A stretch of DNA of 63,885 bases, counting the filler, from Octopus bimaculoides (lineage: Eukaryota): assembly GCF_001194135.2 (NCBI RefSeq). It is 4 parts of 4 records of this genome, joined end to end, with 100 filler letters (N's around TTAATTAATTAA, not from the genome) between each part and the next. Parts side by side here need not be neighbours in the genome. Positions count along the whole stretch, not along the records: positions 18,297 to 49,449 come from NC_068981.1; positions 49,550 to 53,535 come from NW_026298432.1; 2 more parts are not named here. One strand, given 5' to 3'. The notes under the pieces are model-generated. The model was not told where the DNA came from, made no database searches, and saw only the letters and a list, made by a program, of their open reading frames with translations. The position numbers and the translations under genes were made by a program. Shown one piece after another: positions 39,341 to 52,779 of this stretch (the stretch's first letter is position 1; each line of letters opens with the position of its first letter).

Positions 39341-40859
39341 TCGCAGCTCATGCGATTTATGCTGCTGTGCTATTCTGAATTGTGAAAGATGGTGTTCTGG
39401 ATGTAAACTCTGAGCTCCGTTGTTTTTCTCTGAATTTGCTGTTATTTGCTGCCCACTTTCCCCCACCCCTCTGCTGTTGTTTTTCCTTTGGGTAGAAAAT
39501 CCTCATATGACCCTTCCACACATGTAATAACAACTCTATACCATCAGCCAGATTGTCTCCTCTGCTCTCACAGAGCCGTACAACTCTGGAATAATTATGT
39601 GGCCTTCTAAGGTAATCAGAACCATGCTCGTGAAGATCCCATTCGACAACATGTTGTTGCATGCCTTGTCTGCAATTAACATACACCTGAATTGTATTGC
39701 AAAAGTGGACGGAACGATATTGTATCAAGAGCTGATTCCTGGTCTCTTAGTTCTCATTATTGTCGGCGTTTCTGTTGCTGTAGCGTCTCATTTTGTTCAT
39801 GGTTGTATTTCTCGTGTCATTTTCTTAATCGCTTCTAGATATGTTGCAAGTAAGTTACAAATATATTGTTGACAAGCTAGAGCGTTGATAGAGCTGGGAC
39901 GCATTATCAAAGACACTGAAAGCCTTATGCTCTTGTACTATGAGCAGGGCTTACCTCCCTCACGACTTTTTAAGGAGTGCCAGTGTCTAGAAATTCCTAT
40001 ACTGGTTTGATTACAATCAAAGTAATAGTTAATGTCTTATATTTTTGTTAGGTCTGATGGTAAGAATTGGTAGAGGAGGAAATATTTATTTGAAACGGAG
40101 TCATTTCTCTGAAATATATTGCTAAGGGTCAATTAACACTTTCAAAATAATAACGAAATTTCGGTGCAGGTTATTAACTAAAGGAATTCGCACAGTATTT
40201 TCATTTTTACTGCTATAATTATGCATGATATTTTAACTGTGTCATTTGCAGTTTCCTTCAACAAGTCAAACTACTTTATGGTTTTGTTTCTACGTCGTGC
40301 CTCACCAGCCGAGTCCATCGTACTTCTTTACATGTCTTCGATCATGCACCCTAGTTCTGATAACAATAGAATCACGTCCTTCCCTTCCATTCATAAAATG
40401 CCATATTTGCTTACATTGCTGTTACTACTGTTGCTGTTGTTACTGGTACTGTCGAATGCCGTAATGACAATAGTGCGATTATTTGAACATTGAACTTCGC
40501 TTTAAAATTATTTTCTTCACCTATCATGTGCTGCGAGTTATTTTGCGAGTCATTTCTCACCCTTCCCTTCAATGTATTGATTATGGATGACGATGGTTGT
40601 ACAAAATATGTTTCTTAAAACAAAATCGGATGACTTTTGTAACAAATTTGAACCAAGAAGGGGCAGCAAGAAACAAAACAACCAGCCAGCTCTATGTGTT
40701 CTGATTGGTTTAAACAAAATTTTAACAATTAACTTTTGATCATATGGGCAGACGAACAAACTTACGAGTGACTTGAACAGCAGGTTGTCACGACGACGAC
40801 GACGACGACGACGACGACCACCACCACCACCACCACCACAACAACAACAACAACAACAA

Positions 40860-41070
40860 CACCAGGCAGTGGCTGTCATGGCTTTTGATCTTAACATGTG
40901 TATTTTGTCTTGTGTTTAAGGATGGGCTACTACAAATATTTTGCTCAATACCACAGATTTGCCTGTGAGTTGTTTGACATTAACCAATTGAGCATGTCTC
41001 TGAGTGGCTGATGATATGTATATATCTGATCATTAGCAGTGATGGCATGCGCTGCACTTAAGTCTGTCTC
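40860..41070. mobile_element. Internally deleted family D copy
   Basis: ccaggcagtgg...gatcttaac...gatgggctactacaaatattttgctcaataccacagatttgc...gtggctgatgata joined directly to the far-end motif gatggcatgc.ctgc. Confidence 0.6.
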
Positions 41071-41269
41071 ATAAGTTGAGGTTGCCACTTTAACTTTGGT
41101 CAGCATCCCTTCTAGAGATGCTATCAATAAAAACATTGGTGTTTGTGTCACACATCACAACCCTCATTGTGAGTGAAAACGTCATGCACAAATGTTTTGA
41201 ACAACGGCGTGAAGGAGATTGGAACTGATAACGGTGAAGATTTCTCGCCCGATAGGTGGCCATCTAGCC

Positions 41270-41819
41270 ACTGCGGTACAAAAGAAAGGAGGTATGATTG
41301 ACTAGAGTAGACTGAATGCAACTGTTATGAAATGTTACATCCGAAGGGAATCTAGCAGATTTGGCTATATGTACAGAATGAGAGAGGTATATCTTGAAAA
41401 GGGAATGTTACTCGGCAGAGACAAACTAAGCGATCAAGTAAAACAGCTATAAAAGAAAGGCTGGTTAACAGAAGTATAGATTGAAGAAACCAAACGCGGT
41501 GTTTTTCAGGCGGATAATAACAGAGTAAGACAGATAAATGTCAATGACACTGAAAGCAGAGACAGGAGGGAGGTTCAGATACCACGTATCACGAGAACCA
41601 TACATATGCACAAGGAACCAGAAAATAATTTTTCCGATTAAAAGCTGGTTATTGCTGGTAGACTACATGATATTACCTAGTGAGATGAAAGAAAAATGGT
41701 TAGCATCAATAAACAAGATAAAGACGAATAAAATAATGAAAGAGATACCGATATATAACCAAGTCTTGGACAAGATCAGAAATAACGATATCACCATGAA
41801 AACATATTAATATATGTTG

Positions 41820-41868
<49 letters not shown>

Positions 41869-43862
41869 TTTCCGATAATAACAGAAAGACTTGGAATGAA
41901 GATATTGCAACTTTAAAAGAAAGAAAGAGAATCCTGGTTGAAAAGGCGACTGCAAGGAAAGGTAGACCATTTGGCAAAAGATCTTGTGTGGATAGGGATT
42001 CTTAGCCACGGGGATAAGATAGAAACTAGATTTCATGAAGTAATCCAAAGAAAGTTCTGGCTGGAAGAAAAATGTTATAGCAGAGTCATGGAAGAATTAA
42101 AACAATGCATAAAAGCGAAAGCTGCCAAGATCAAAAGATACAAGAAGAGAATGGAAAAGTTTTGACAAAACAATTTGTTCGAAACAGATCAAAGTCGATT
42201 TTACAAGGAACTAAATGGAGATACAACAATGAACGTACCGCCTAATAAGGAAGAGGTAAAAGTATTCTGGAGAAAAATTTGGAGCCAGGAAGTAAAACAG
42301 TGGCAGTGTAAAATGGTAAAAAAAGATAAAGGCTAATAACGCAGGTTTGTCAAAACAGAGTAGCATCGATATCGCAGGAGAAAATTTGGAAAATGTCTTC
42401 AACGGGATGCTAAAGTGGAAATCTCCTGGACCAGAAATTAGGTCCAGAGATTTGGGCTAAAATGTTTCACTGCGCTTCATGATAAAATGAGCAGACAGCT
42501 AAATAATTATATTGAAAGGAGAGATGTTCCTGAATGGATGACATGAGACAGGACGGTTCTAATATTGAATGATCAAAAGAAAGTATGCCAGAATGTAGAA
42601 CTATGATGAAAACTCATTCCGTGGCTCTGATTGCTTGTGATTGTATCTAGGCAATCCACTGAGTGGTAAAAAAAATAATAATAAAAAGAAAATGAAGGCG
42701 GCGAGCTGGTAGAGGCGTTGGTGCGCCGGGCGAAGTGCTTAGCGATATTTCGTCTGCCGTTACGTTCTGAGTTTAAGTTCCGCCGAGGTTGACTTTGCCT
42801 TTCATCCTTTCGGGGTTGATAAATCACGTACCAGTTACTCACTGAGGTCGATGTAATCGACTTGACCCCTTTGTCTGTCCTTGTTTGTCCCCTTTATGTT
42901 TCGCCCCTTGTAAGCAATAAAGAAATAAGAATGAAGAACTATACGAATATCAGGTCAAGATTAGCTCGGTGAAGTCAACATAAAAGGGAATATTCTAAGG
43001 TGAAACACCTTCACCGCTGCTATTCGTGGTTGCTCATATTCGTGGTTGACTCTGAGAGACGTTAAACTATGCTACGAATTTAGCCGTGATGACAAAGTAA
43101 ACCACCTCCTGTTTTTGGACGACCTGAAATGACTTGCCAAAAGTGAGGAAACTTTAGATTCACTGATTCAGAATGTTAGAGGTGTGAGTGTTGACGCTGG
43201 CATGGAATTTGGAATAAATAAATGTGCAATGCTAGTGATAAATAAAGGAAAAATATCCAAGTTAGAAGAGATTAAACTCCCAATCCGAACAATGAATGAG
43301 GGTCGCATGGAGACAAATAGAATCCTCTGCCAAGAAATAAAAGTGAAGGTGAGAAACGAATGTCTCAGAAAAGTCAAAGGGGCGCTAAGCTCAAAATGAA
43401 TGGAAGAAAATGCATCTCTGCAGTAAAAACATGGGACTGTCTCTCTAATAAGATTTTCTACTGCTTTCCTGAACTTGACTAAGGAAGAACTAAGAAACAT
43501 AGATTGTAAAACGAGTAAGACAATATCCAAGGCACTACACTGGGACATATTACGGCAATAGGATTTAAAGTATGAAGAAAATAGTACTAACATCAAGAAG
43601 AGAAGAACCAGTGCAAGATTTTATGGGATTTTAATGTATTGACTGATCACGAAATGCATTCCAGGCGACTAGATATTATAATTTGGGACCAGAGGAAAAA
43701 AGGTGCTTCATAGATGTGGTTATATCTGCAGATATGAATGGAACAGTCAAAGAACAGGAGAAAATAAGAAAATACCAGGTTTTAGGTCGGGAAATACAAC
43801 GATTGTGGAGGGTTTCTGCAAAAGTAATCACAGTTGCTATAGGTGTCCCAGGTACCCTCTCC
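41270..43862 (+). mobile_element. Near full-length, heavily decayed R4/Dong LINE (element A)
   Basis: N-terminal TVMKCYIRRESSRFGY...LSDQVKQL*KKGWLTEV; KAKAAKIKRY; KWKSPGP; GEVNIK.GIF*GETPSPLLF; KVNHLLFLDDLK; GMEFGINKC; RLE EKRCFIDV...EKIRKYQVL...VAIGVPGTL. Confidence 0.85.
42696..42931 (+). mobile_element. SINE family A (tail type 2) inserted in the R4/Dong RT region
   Basis: gaaggcggcgagctggtagaggcgttgg...gtcgatgtaatcgac...ttgtttgtcccct...gcaataaagaaataagaa; LINE RT homology resumes on both sides. Confidence 0.78.
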
Positions 43863-45226
43863 AACAGAAGAGACACAAAAATTTGGCGATGGCATGGGTG
43901 GACTACAGGAAAGCATATGACATGACCCCACACTCGTGGATTATTGAATGCCTTAAACTGTTTAAGATCTTCCACAATATCCTGCAGTTAATACAAAACT
44001 CAATGACAACATGACGAACTGAACTCACAGCATGGGGATATAAGCGGGGAGAAGTAAATATCAAAAGAGGAATCTTTCAAGCGTACAATCTGTCGACTCT
44101 CTTATTTGTTGTCTGCATACTGCCACTAACGAGCGTTTCAAAAAAGATGCGTGTGGGGTACATGCTAGGCAGAGTGAAAGTAAACAACTTGTGGTTTATG
44201 GATGACCTAAAGCTATTTGTTAAGACTGAGAAAAAATTGAGAGTTTGACGGCAACTGTGCAGATGATTAGCAAATATATTGGCATGGAATTTGGGATCGA
44301 GAAACGTAGTGTAGTGATTCTCAAAAGGGGGAAAATCAGTAAAAGCCATGGAATGAAGCTGGAAAGTGGTGAAACTATTAAGGAAGTCGGAGAGAAAGGT
44401 TATAAGTACCTGGGTATCATTGAAAGAGATAAGATGAATAAATACAAGATGAAAGAAATGTTTAGGAAAGAGTATTTGAGAACTCGGCTTGTGTTCCAAT
44501 CTGACCAGTAGAAGCTGTTGCATGGTAGATTCCCAAAGATAGTTTCAGCAAATAGTAGTAATGAGACATGCTTATGGCTGCAGAAGGGAAAGCTGAAGAA
44601 GGAGACAGAACGTTTGTTAGTAGCTGCACAAGATCAAGCATTAAGGACTAATTGGATTAAAGCCAAAATAGACCAAGTAGATCCCCAATGTAGATTATAC
44701 AAATCAATAGTATGAACATGAACCTAGTAAAGTACTAGAAAGTAAGAAATACAAGATGCTGTTCGATTTTAACATTCAGACTGAGAGAGTAATAGAAACT
44801 AGAAGACAAGATTTGTTAGTAGTAGATAAAGAGAATAGAAAGTGCCAGATAATTGACTTTACAGTTCCAAATGATGAAAAAATTAATATGAGAAGTATAG
44901 AAAAATAGCCAAGTACCAGGATCTAACTATTGAATTATAGAGACCATGAAAAGTTTGGGTAAAATGTATCCCAATAGTTATAGGTGCATTAGGAACTATC
45001 CTTAAATATCTCAACAGATGGATAGAGGAAATAGGCATAAAACCCAGTTTAGTACAGCTGCAGAAAACAGTGTTATTAGGAACAGCTAGGATACTTAGGA
45101 GGGTACTTGGCATCTAAGGTTACTTGCTGTAACTCGATAGGAGGGTTCTCGGCATTTAAGGCAACTTGTTGTAGCTCGATATTAGGATTGTTTTCTTTTC
45201 GAGCAGTGTAATCTGTTGAGTGTGTC

Positions 45227-45300
<74 letters not shown>
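43863..45300 (+). mobile_element. 5'-truncated R4/Dong LINE (element B) with 3' UTR and (TAA)n
   Basis: KRHKNLAMAWVDYRKAYDMTPHSW, RGIFQ, FMDDLKL, GYKYLG, LVAAQDQALRTN, FDFNIQT...RQDLLVVD, IPIVIGALG, QKTVLLGTARILRRVLGI*; TAA run 45228-45300. Confidence 0.87.
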
Positions 45301-45860
45301 CATACTGTTCTGATGCAGTGCCAGGCAGTGGTTCTCAGGGCTTCTGATCTTAACTCATTGGAAGTGTTATCATCTACATTGTTTTGCATTGGTATAAAAG
45401 ATGGGTTACAACAAATATTCTGCTCAATATTACAGATTTGCTTGTCAGTTGCTTGACCTTAACCATTTCAGCATGTCACTTAGTGGCTGACGATATATGC
45501 ATCTCTGATCACGAGCAGAAGTAGTGAGGGAGCATCATAGCCATGTGTTGAGAGGAATTCTTTGGGGTTTGGATAATTCACCTTTGGAAAGACAGGTGTT
45601 TCATTCATCATCCTTAAACAACCCTTATTCAGGGACCTTTTGAGCGGTTTGGGCTACTTGACCCGAAGAAGATTCTAAATGGGCCCCACCTGCGAGGTCA
45701 TGCTCTGTTTATCTTGATATGAGATCACTGTGTTGCGCACATATGGATGTAATGCAGGTGCCTGTTGTACCATTATCAGATGGGTAGTCCTGATGGGTAT
45801 ACTGGACTTCGTATATTTTACCCCAGTGTCACTTTGATGGCATGCACTGCTCTCTCACTC

Positions 45861-45862
<2 letters not shown>
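45301..45862. mobile_element. ~560 bp non-coding repeat bounded by (TAA)n on both sides (family D)
   Basis: No ORF; both ends recur in an internally deleted copy at 40860-41070. Confidence 0.6.
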
Positions 45863-45917
<55 letters not shown>

Positions 45918-45976
45918 TTCATTTTTGTATTTAGTTTCTAAGATTTTTTATGTGAATTCATGTGTAGAATCATATG

Positions 45977-46211
45977 TTATTGCGTCTGGGGAGAGTCATT
46001 CTGTTTTAATACTTTATTAATTAACACTCTCACCAGTTCGGTTTTCACTCATTTATCTTTTTCTAAAATTTTCGTTGCCTCTCGCAACCTCTTGAAAAGT
46101 TAACGAGAGGTTTAGAAAAAAAAATAAGTAAGTAAATGAGTGGAAATCGAACCGGTGAGTGTGTTATTTAATAAGGCATTAAAAGAGAAATTTTATCCCC
46201 GGACACAATAA
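45977..46211. mobile_element. Foldback/MITE-like element with ~90-bp imperfect arms
   Basis: ttattgcgtctgggga...ttaacactctcaccagttcggttttcactcattta versus reverse complement ttattgtgtccgggga...ataacacactcaccggttcgatttccactcattta. Confidence 0.65.
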
Positions 46212-46214
46212 AAT

Positions 46215-46432
46215 AATAATAATCTTTTCTACTATACGTACAAGACCAGTAATATTTGGAGAAGAGAGGATTACATTGACCTAAATTCTTGATTGATACT
46301 TTATTTTATCGACCTCGAAAGGATGAAAGTCAACGTTAAACTTCGCGGGATCTGAACTCAGAACGTAAGGAGCTAGAAGAAATCCTACTACACATTCAGT
46401 CCGATGCTCTTGCGATTCTACCAGCTAGCCAC

Positions 46433-46484
<52 letters not shown>

Positions 46485-46925
46485 GTCCATTTGAAATTTG
46501 GTGGGAGGTGTCCCATCGATTACATAGACCCCAGTGCTTGACTGGTACTTAATTTATTGGGCCCGAAAGGATGAGGGGCAAATTCGAAATCGGCGGAATT
46601 TGAACTCAGAATGTAAAGCCGGACGAAATGCCGAGAACAATCCTACCAGCTTGTCGCCTTTATAATAATAATAACATTAATAATAATAATAACAACAACA
46701 ACAATAATAATAATAATAATAATAATGGCGATAATTATGATGATGATGATGATGATGATAATGATGATGACGACGATGACAACGACGACGACAACGATGA
46801 TGATGATGATGATGAATCTTTCTAACTTTTGCCACAAGGCTAACAATTTTGATGGGAGGCGTAAGTCAATTGCATTCACCCCAGTACTTGATTGGTACTA
46901 TTTTATCGACTCTGAAAGGATGAAA
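46215..46925 (-). mobile_element. Three head-to-tail SINE family A copies separated by (TAA)n/(GAT)n
   Basis: Reverse-complement SINE bodies at ~46215-46432, ~46485-46660, ~46810-46925 (tcgac...gaaaggatgaa, ggaatttgaactcagaa). Confidence 0.65.
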
Positions 46926-47519
46926 GACAGAATTGACAAATTCTCCTGCCAACTGGATGCATGCGCCAGCTGCAACATGAAAGTACAAAAGAAAAATAAA
47001 GAAAAAATCTCTTAAAATAAATATTTATTTACTTTTTATATAAAAGTATTCTGCACTTTGACTTGTACACCACAACTAGAATTGCACAGTGAAATGTATA
47101 ATTCTTTCACATCTGAAGTTACACACACACAAACACGCACACAAGCACACATACAAACACACACACACACACATACACATACAAATGAACTGCTACGAGT
47201 TTAGCTAGCGGCAACAAGATAAAGAAGACGGACGAAAGGAATGAATTTTTAACGCTGTCAGAAACTACTTTCAGACGGTGACAAATGCTTTTGCGTTGTA
47301 CATCAATGTATCGATACCTTAGAGAAATATACAGACATAAAATTTGCACTGCATTGCTGAGAATAAAATCAACCCACTCCATACTAAAGGAGATAGCAAC
47401 GGAGGTAATTGACTAATCTAGAAAATGACACTCTGAAAAGTGAGTGTAAAAATTTCTGTAGCGGAAGTGGTATTATTATTATTATTATTGCGCCAGTGAA
47501 TGCTCATTTTATTTTCATG

Positions 47520-48960
47520 TTTGGTGGCAAGTCTCCTCAAATACCAAAAATGTCCTTTAGATTCTTGCAGAATATAGGACGCTCCGACTGGGAGGAGGTG
47601 GTCATATCTCTTCAAGCACCTGGAAGCTTTCTTGCGAACATTCTTCTCTTCAGTGTTGGTGGATGACTGGAACACCACCTTGGATGTACGTCTGGATTGC
47701 GTCGGTGTAACTTATAGAAGAGGGGTTGTAGAAGCCTTCCAAACCTGTTCAGCCGTTTGTAACAAGATGACAGGTTTCGCCTGGATATTTCGAACGCAGC
47801 AGTGTGAATATAGACAAACTGTATCTCGTCATTCAGATCATACATAAAGTATTCTGTAGACCAGCAGATAAGCCACACAAATCTCAGATTTATGATCAGT
47901 ACAGTTAATTCAGGTAGATCGTATAGACAGGGACCCGGTTACAGGGAACTGGACGCATCCTTCCCAGCACGCCAAGTTTAGAGAGACCACATTACAGAAC
48001 TAGTTAAGTGTGTGTTGACAGGAGCAATTTGTAGGGAGGCGACTAGTCGATTATATCGACCCCAGTGTTTCCTTGACACCGAAAGGATGAAAGGCAAAGT
48101 CGATAGTAGTTAGACTTAGAAAGGTACATTAGATTAGAAACGTAAAGGCTTAGCAAGGAAATAATGACAGAGAATAATGACAGCTAGTAATATAAATGCA
48201 TCGCTTTACAAAGGCATGCACATGATGTGCTAGCGGCAAGATTGTCCATTGACCGATTCTTCAACGCTAAGCACCAAGGTCTCATTGACAGAGATAAGGT
48301 GAATGCTCTAAGGCATGAGAAAATAAAAGACGTCGAGCGGGCCCATGTGGGATAAACTGTTCGGAATAAACTCTACAGGAACGGTGGTTCTGTCAGCAGA
48401 AACTGCATGCAAAGCGATAAAATCATCTTGTACGTTCTCGTACAGTGTTTGAACATTATTGACTTGTGGAGGTATGTCTAATAGTTGCTATGACACGTAT
48501 GACGATCCCGTTATCTTTTGACTCTATCGTGAACATCATCTTGTCACCTTCCTTTGATCGGGACGGGAGGGTAGGCAGTTTTTCCCTGTCTGGCGAAAGA
48601 GCCTTGTGTGGTGAACGCATGTGACTGAAGACTCGTTTCTTTTCGGCCAAGACCTTATCGACTTGGAAAGGACAGTGACGGTGAAGTGCAGCTCTCCATT
48701 CGTAAATTTATAAAAAGTGTGGGTAATTGTGCCAAGTGAGTGGATCTACTCCAGGAAAGTGCATGTAGACTAAAAATGTACAGAGGAGATAGGAGCACCA
48801 TCCATGGCACTCCTGATGCACAAGTTGACTCAAGATCTGTGAGACTCCTTGGTCATTCCTGGGTGGTGTTAATCCCCATTGGGAGATAGTGCTGCTATAA
48901 TTCCCTTGTTAATTGTTATTGTCTTTATTGTTTACACTTGTTTATGCAAATGCCTCCTCT
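47520..48960 (+). mobile_element. Internally deleted Tx1-like LINE (APE endonuclease piece plus C-terminus)
   Basis: DDWNTTLDVRLDCVG...RRGCRSL...DRFRLD...SFRSYI (GDWN...DR.R...RSYLD APE motifs) at ~47660-47850; VRNKLYRNG...YVLVQCLNIIDLWRYV at ~48350-48480; SINE piece at ~48010-48105. Confidence 0.62.
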
Positions 48961-49019
48961 TCTTTGTATTGCTCTAAGTTTTTGCAGTCATTATGGTCCA
49001 TAAAGAAATTATTATTATC

Positions 49020-49230
49020 AAAGGTGACGATCTGGCAGAATCGTTAGCAAACCGGGCAAAATGCTTAGTGGCATTTCGTCCGTCTTCATGTTCTGAGTTC
49101 AAATTCCGCCGAGGTCGACTTTGCCTTTCAACCTTTCGGTGTCGATGAATTAAGCACCAGGGAAACACTGGGGTCGATATAATCGACTAGTCTTCTCCCA
49201 ACAAATTTCAGACCATATGCTTATAGTAAA

Positions 49231-49232
<2 letters not shown>
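49020..49232 (+). mobile_element. SINE family A, tail type 1
   Basis: ctggcagaatcgttagc...gagttcaaattccgccgaggtcgactttgcctttca...ggggtcgatataatcgac...aaatttcagaccatatgcttatagtaaa then (ATT)n. Confidence 0.72.
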
Positions 49233-49263
<31 letters not shown>

Positions 49264-49717
49264 TAATTACTAATCTTCAGCATCATCCTTATATTTCTTT
49301 TATTAACCACAAAGTCTCAAGAATATAAACGGTGCTTACAAAGACATGTTGGGTGGGACGGATAAGTTAAAAAGAAGCGAAAGCAATGCCACTAAGTATT
49401 TTGTCTGGCGCGCAAATGATTCTGCCGGCTCACCGCCTTAATAACAATANNNNNNNNNNNNNNNNNNNNNNNNNNNNNNNNNNNNNNNNNNNNTTAATTA
49501 ATTAANNNNNNNNNNNNNNNNNNNNNNNNNNNNNNNNNNNNNNNNNNNNTTGAGCTCTATCCTTTAAGAGACATGTATACATATATATATACAAAAACTC
49601 AACTGTGAGTTTTTGGCTAAGACTGTTAACAGATACTATATATTTTGTAAAATTTGTTTTATAAAAGTATATATTTAAGATATATATATATATATATATA
49701 TATATGTTTGTGTGTGT

Positions 49718-49761
<44 letters not shown>

Positions 49762-50465
49762 CTTACTTGGAAAAGGATGCGTGGTGTTCGATCATATAAT
49801 AATATAAATAATATATAAATATATGCATATATACATGCATATATGTACATACCTACATATATATGTATATATACATGAATATATTACTCTTTTTACTCTT
49901 TTTATATGGGTACAGGACATCAAAAAAAACGTAGACATAATGAGAAACGAAAACATAAAAGCAAAAACATAGAAAACGAACATTTTTTCGAACAACGAAA
50001 AAAAAAAAACAGACAACCGAGACATGCAACATAAAGAACTTTCCCTTCATCAGTTGTCCCTGTTTCATCTACTCCGTACACATGATATGAGTAGATATGT
50101 GGTTACAAACGCCACAAACAAATTTTGATAATTCTATATAAGCGACACCAAAATATTGCTTTAATAGCAACTGGTGTCTCTAAAGTTACAAAAAGTTGAT
50201 GAATACTGGCTCTATTAAGTGGAAAAAAGAAAACCAGATTAGTTTTCATACTTGCATGAACGGAATGAAACTAACAGCCTCTCCCTTCCTCCCAACGCCT
50301 CCTTTTTCTCTACTTAGGCACCAGCGCCCATCTGGACCGTCTCAACACCTAATGGGGTGGTAGCGCCCCCTTTGAGAACCTTTGTTTAGCCTTAACAAAT
50401 TCAGGTGATAAAAATATACATGTAGTTGTTACTTGTACATCTACCATTTACATCTACATATCTGC

Positions 50466-50990
50466 ATAGGAGTTTGTATATGGCATACGTACAAGCATAA
50501 TTTTAATATCTAGCTCTACTATTGGATATGTATGTTTATATGTAGCTGAGGTGTTTCCTTCTCAACTACATACTTCCGAGTTTAGTCCCACTGCACGGGA
50601 CCATGGGCAGGTATCTTCTACTGTAGCCCCGGACCGACTAAAGCCTTGTGAGTGGATTTGGTAAACAGAAACTGAAAGAAGCCCGTTGTATCTGACGTAA
50701 ACACACCAGCAACGGTTGTCAAGCGATGGTGGGGGGACAAACACAGACACACAAACGCATACATATATATGTGTGGGAGTGTTTGTGTGTCTGCGTTTGT
50801 CCCTCACTATCGCTTGACAACCGATGCTGGTGTGTTTACGTCCCCGTAAATTAGTGGTTCGGCAAAAGAAATTCATAGAATAAGTACTACACTTACAAAG
50901 AATAAGTCCTGGGGTCCATTTGTGCGACTAAAAAGGCGGTGCTCCAGCATGGCCACAGTCAAATGACTGAAACAAAATAAAAGAATAAAA

Positions 50991-51031
<41 letters not shown>

Positions 51032-51114
51032 NNNNNNNNNNNNNNNNNNNNNNNNNNNNNNNNNNNNNNNNNNNNNNNNNNNNNNNNNNNNNNNNNNNNN
51101 NNNNNNNNNNNNNN

Positions 51115-51156
<42 letters not shown>

Positions 51157-51414
51157 ATACGTGTGTGTGTGTGCACGCGCTTCTTTCTGCGAGCGTGCGT
51201 GTGTGTGTGCGTGTGTGTTTGTTTATGTACGCATTATGTAGCGTGGAGTACAGTAGAAGATAGCTGCCCATTGTCCTGAGCAGTGGGACTAAACTCGAAG
51301 TATGCAGTTGACGAGGAAATTTCTTACACCTCAGCTACATATATACATACCTATCCACCCGTAGAGCTAGATTTTAATATTATGCTTGTACGTATGCCAT
51401 ATACAAACTCCTAT
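50466..51414. repeat. Inverted duplication, ~160-bp arms
   Basis: 50466-50625 matches the reverse complement of 51249-51414, covering non-SINE flank plus SINE B head; gap between arms. Confidence 0.8.
50548..50990 (+). mobile_element. SINE family B
   Basis: gagtttagtcccactgc...aagccttgtgagtggatttggtaaacagaaactgaaagaagcccg...gcggtgctccagcatggccacagtcaaatgactgaaac; decayed relatives at ~7000-7325, ~10120-10330, ~17395-17530, ~29085-29200. Confidence 0.75.
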
Positions 51415-52779
51415 TTGTTTAATGGTGAACACGAGAGGTATAATCATTTTTAGAATATAGCATTATTGTTTTTTTTATATAGAAGCAGCATCACTGAAAG
51501 CTTCAAAGTTTCAGAGATCGTTAATAGTGTTGCAAAAGCATGTATCATTATAAAATTTGACTTACACTAAACAAACGCAAATCAAAATTCGGTTTGTTTA
51601 GAACCACATATATAAATGTCTAACGCTAATGAAGGCTTATTCCATTTGTATATAGAGCCATAATATTGATTTCTGCCAAGTCCAATCATCTTTTGTATCT
51701 GCTGCGTTTAACATATAGTAGTATTGCAGCTGATAAGTGATTGTTGTACTGAAGTTAAAACTCTGTTGTCGATACAACTGTGCCCGTCTTTTCCCTAGAT
51801 AGTGATGCTGATTCCAATTAATTAGTAATGATTTCCCTCAACATCTACTAGTTTCAGAGAAATCTATTCATTGCGCTCAATGTAATAATCGAAATATTAT
51901 ATTATTGATTTGCTTATTTAAAAAAAAAAAGTGATTACCATCTGTACAGTATATTTCGGTAAAAATATTCATTTTATTAACAACGTTCCTAAGTTTATCT
52001 TAGTTTATTGCTTCTAAAACTTATAGGTACTTCTATCATGCTGTTAACAAAGTAAGAAGATATAACTTATAATGTAATGGAAGTAAACATTCATTTATCA
52101 TTGTACCATTTACTGTAAGAAAATATGTATGCAATGTTATAGGATGAAATCAATTATGTAGATAGCCTAGAATGAAATAAATGAAAATATTCAGCTGCCC
52201 TTTCACCGAAGGGTAATTTCAATCATATATATATACATATATGCAAATCTATAGGCACACACATACATAAATATATATGTATGCGTAAGTATATATATAT
52301 ATATATATANNNNNNNNNNNNNNNNNNNNNNNNNNNNNNNNNNNNNNNNNNNNNNNNNNNNNNNNNNNNNNNNNNNNNNNNNNNNNNNNNNNNNNNNNNN
52401 NNNNNNNNNNNNNNNNNNNNNNNNNNNNNNNNNNNNNNNNNNNNNNNNNNNNNNNNNNNNNNNNNNNNNNNNNNNNNNNNNNNNNNNNNNNNNNNNNNNN
52501 NNNNNNNNNNNNNNNNNNNNNNNNNNNNNNNNNNNNNNNNNNNNNNNNNNNNNNNNNNNNNNNNNNNNNNNNNNNNNNNNNNNNNNNNNNNNNNNNNNNN
52601 NNNNNNNNNNNNNNNNNNNNNNNNNNNNNNNNNNNNNNNNNNNNNNNNNNNNNNNNNNNNNNNNNNNNNNNNNNNNNNNNNNNNNNNNNNNNNNNNNNNN
52701 NNNNNNNNNNNNNNNNNNNNNNNNNNNNNNNNNNNNATATACATATACATATATATACATATATATATATATATATAGT

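Noticed and set aside
39340-39860. ORFs 39357-39728 (-) and 39597-39872 (+)
   Set aside because: No recognisable domain or splice structure; probably an old LINE remnant.
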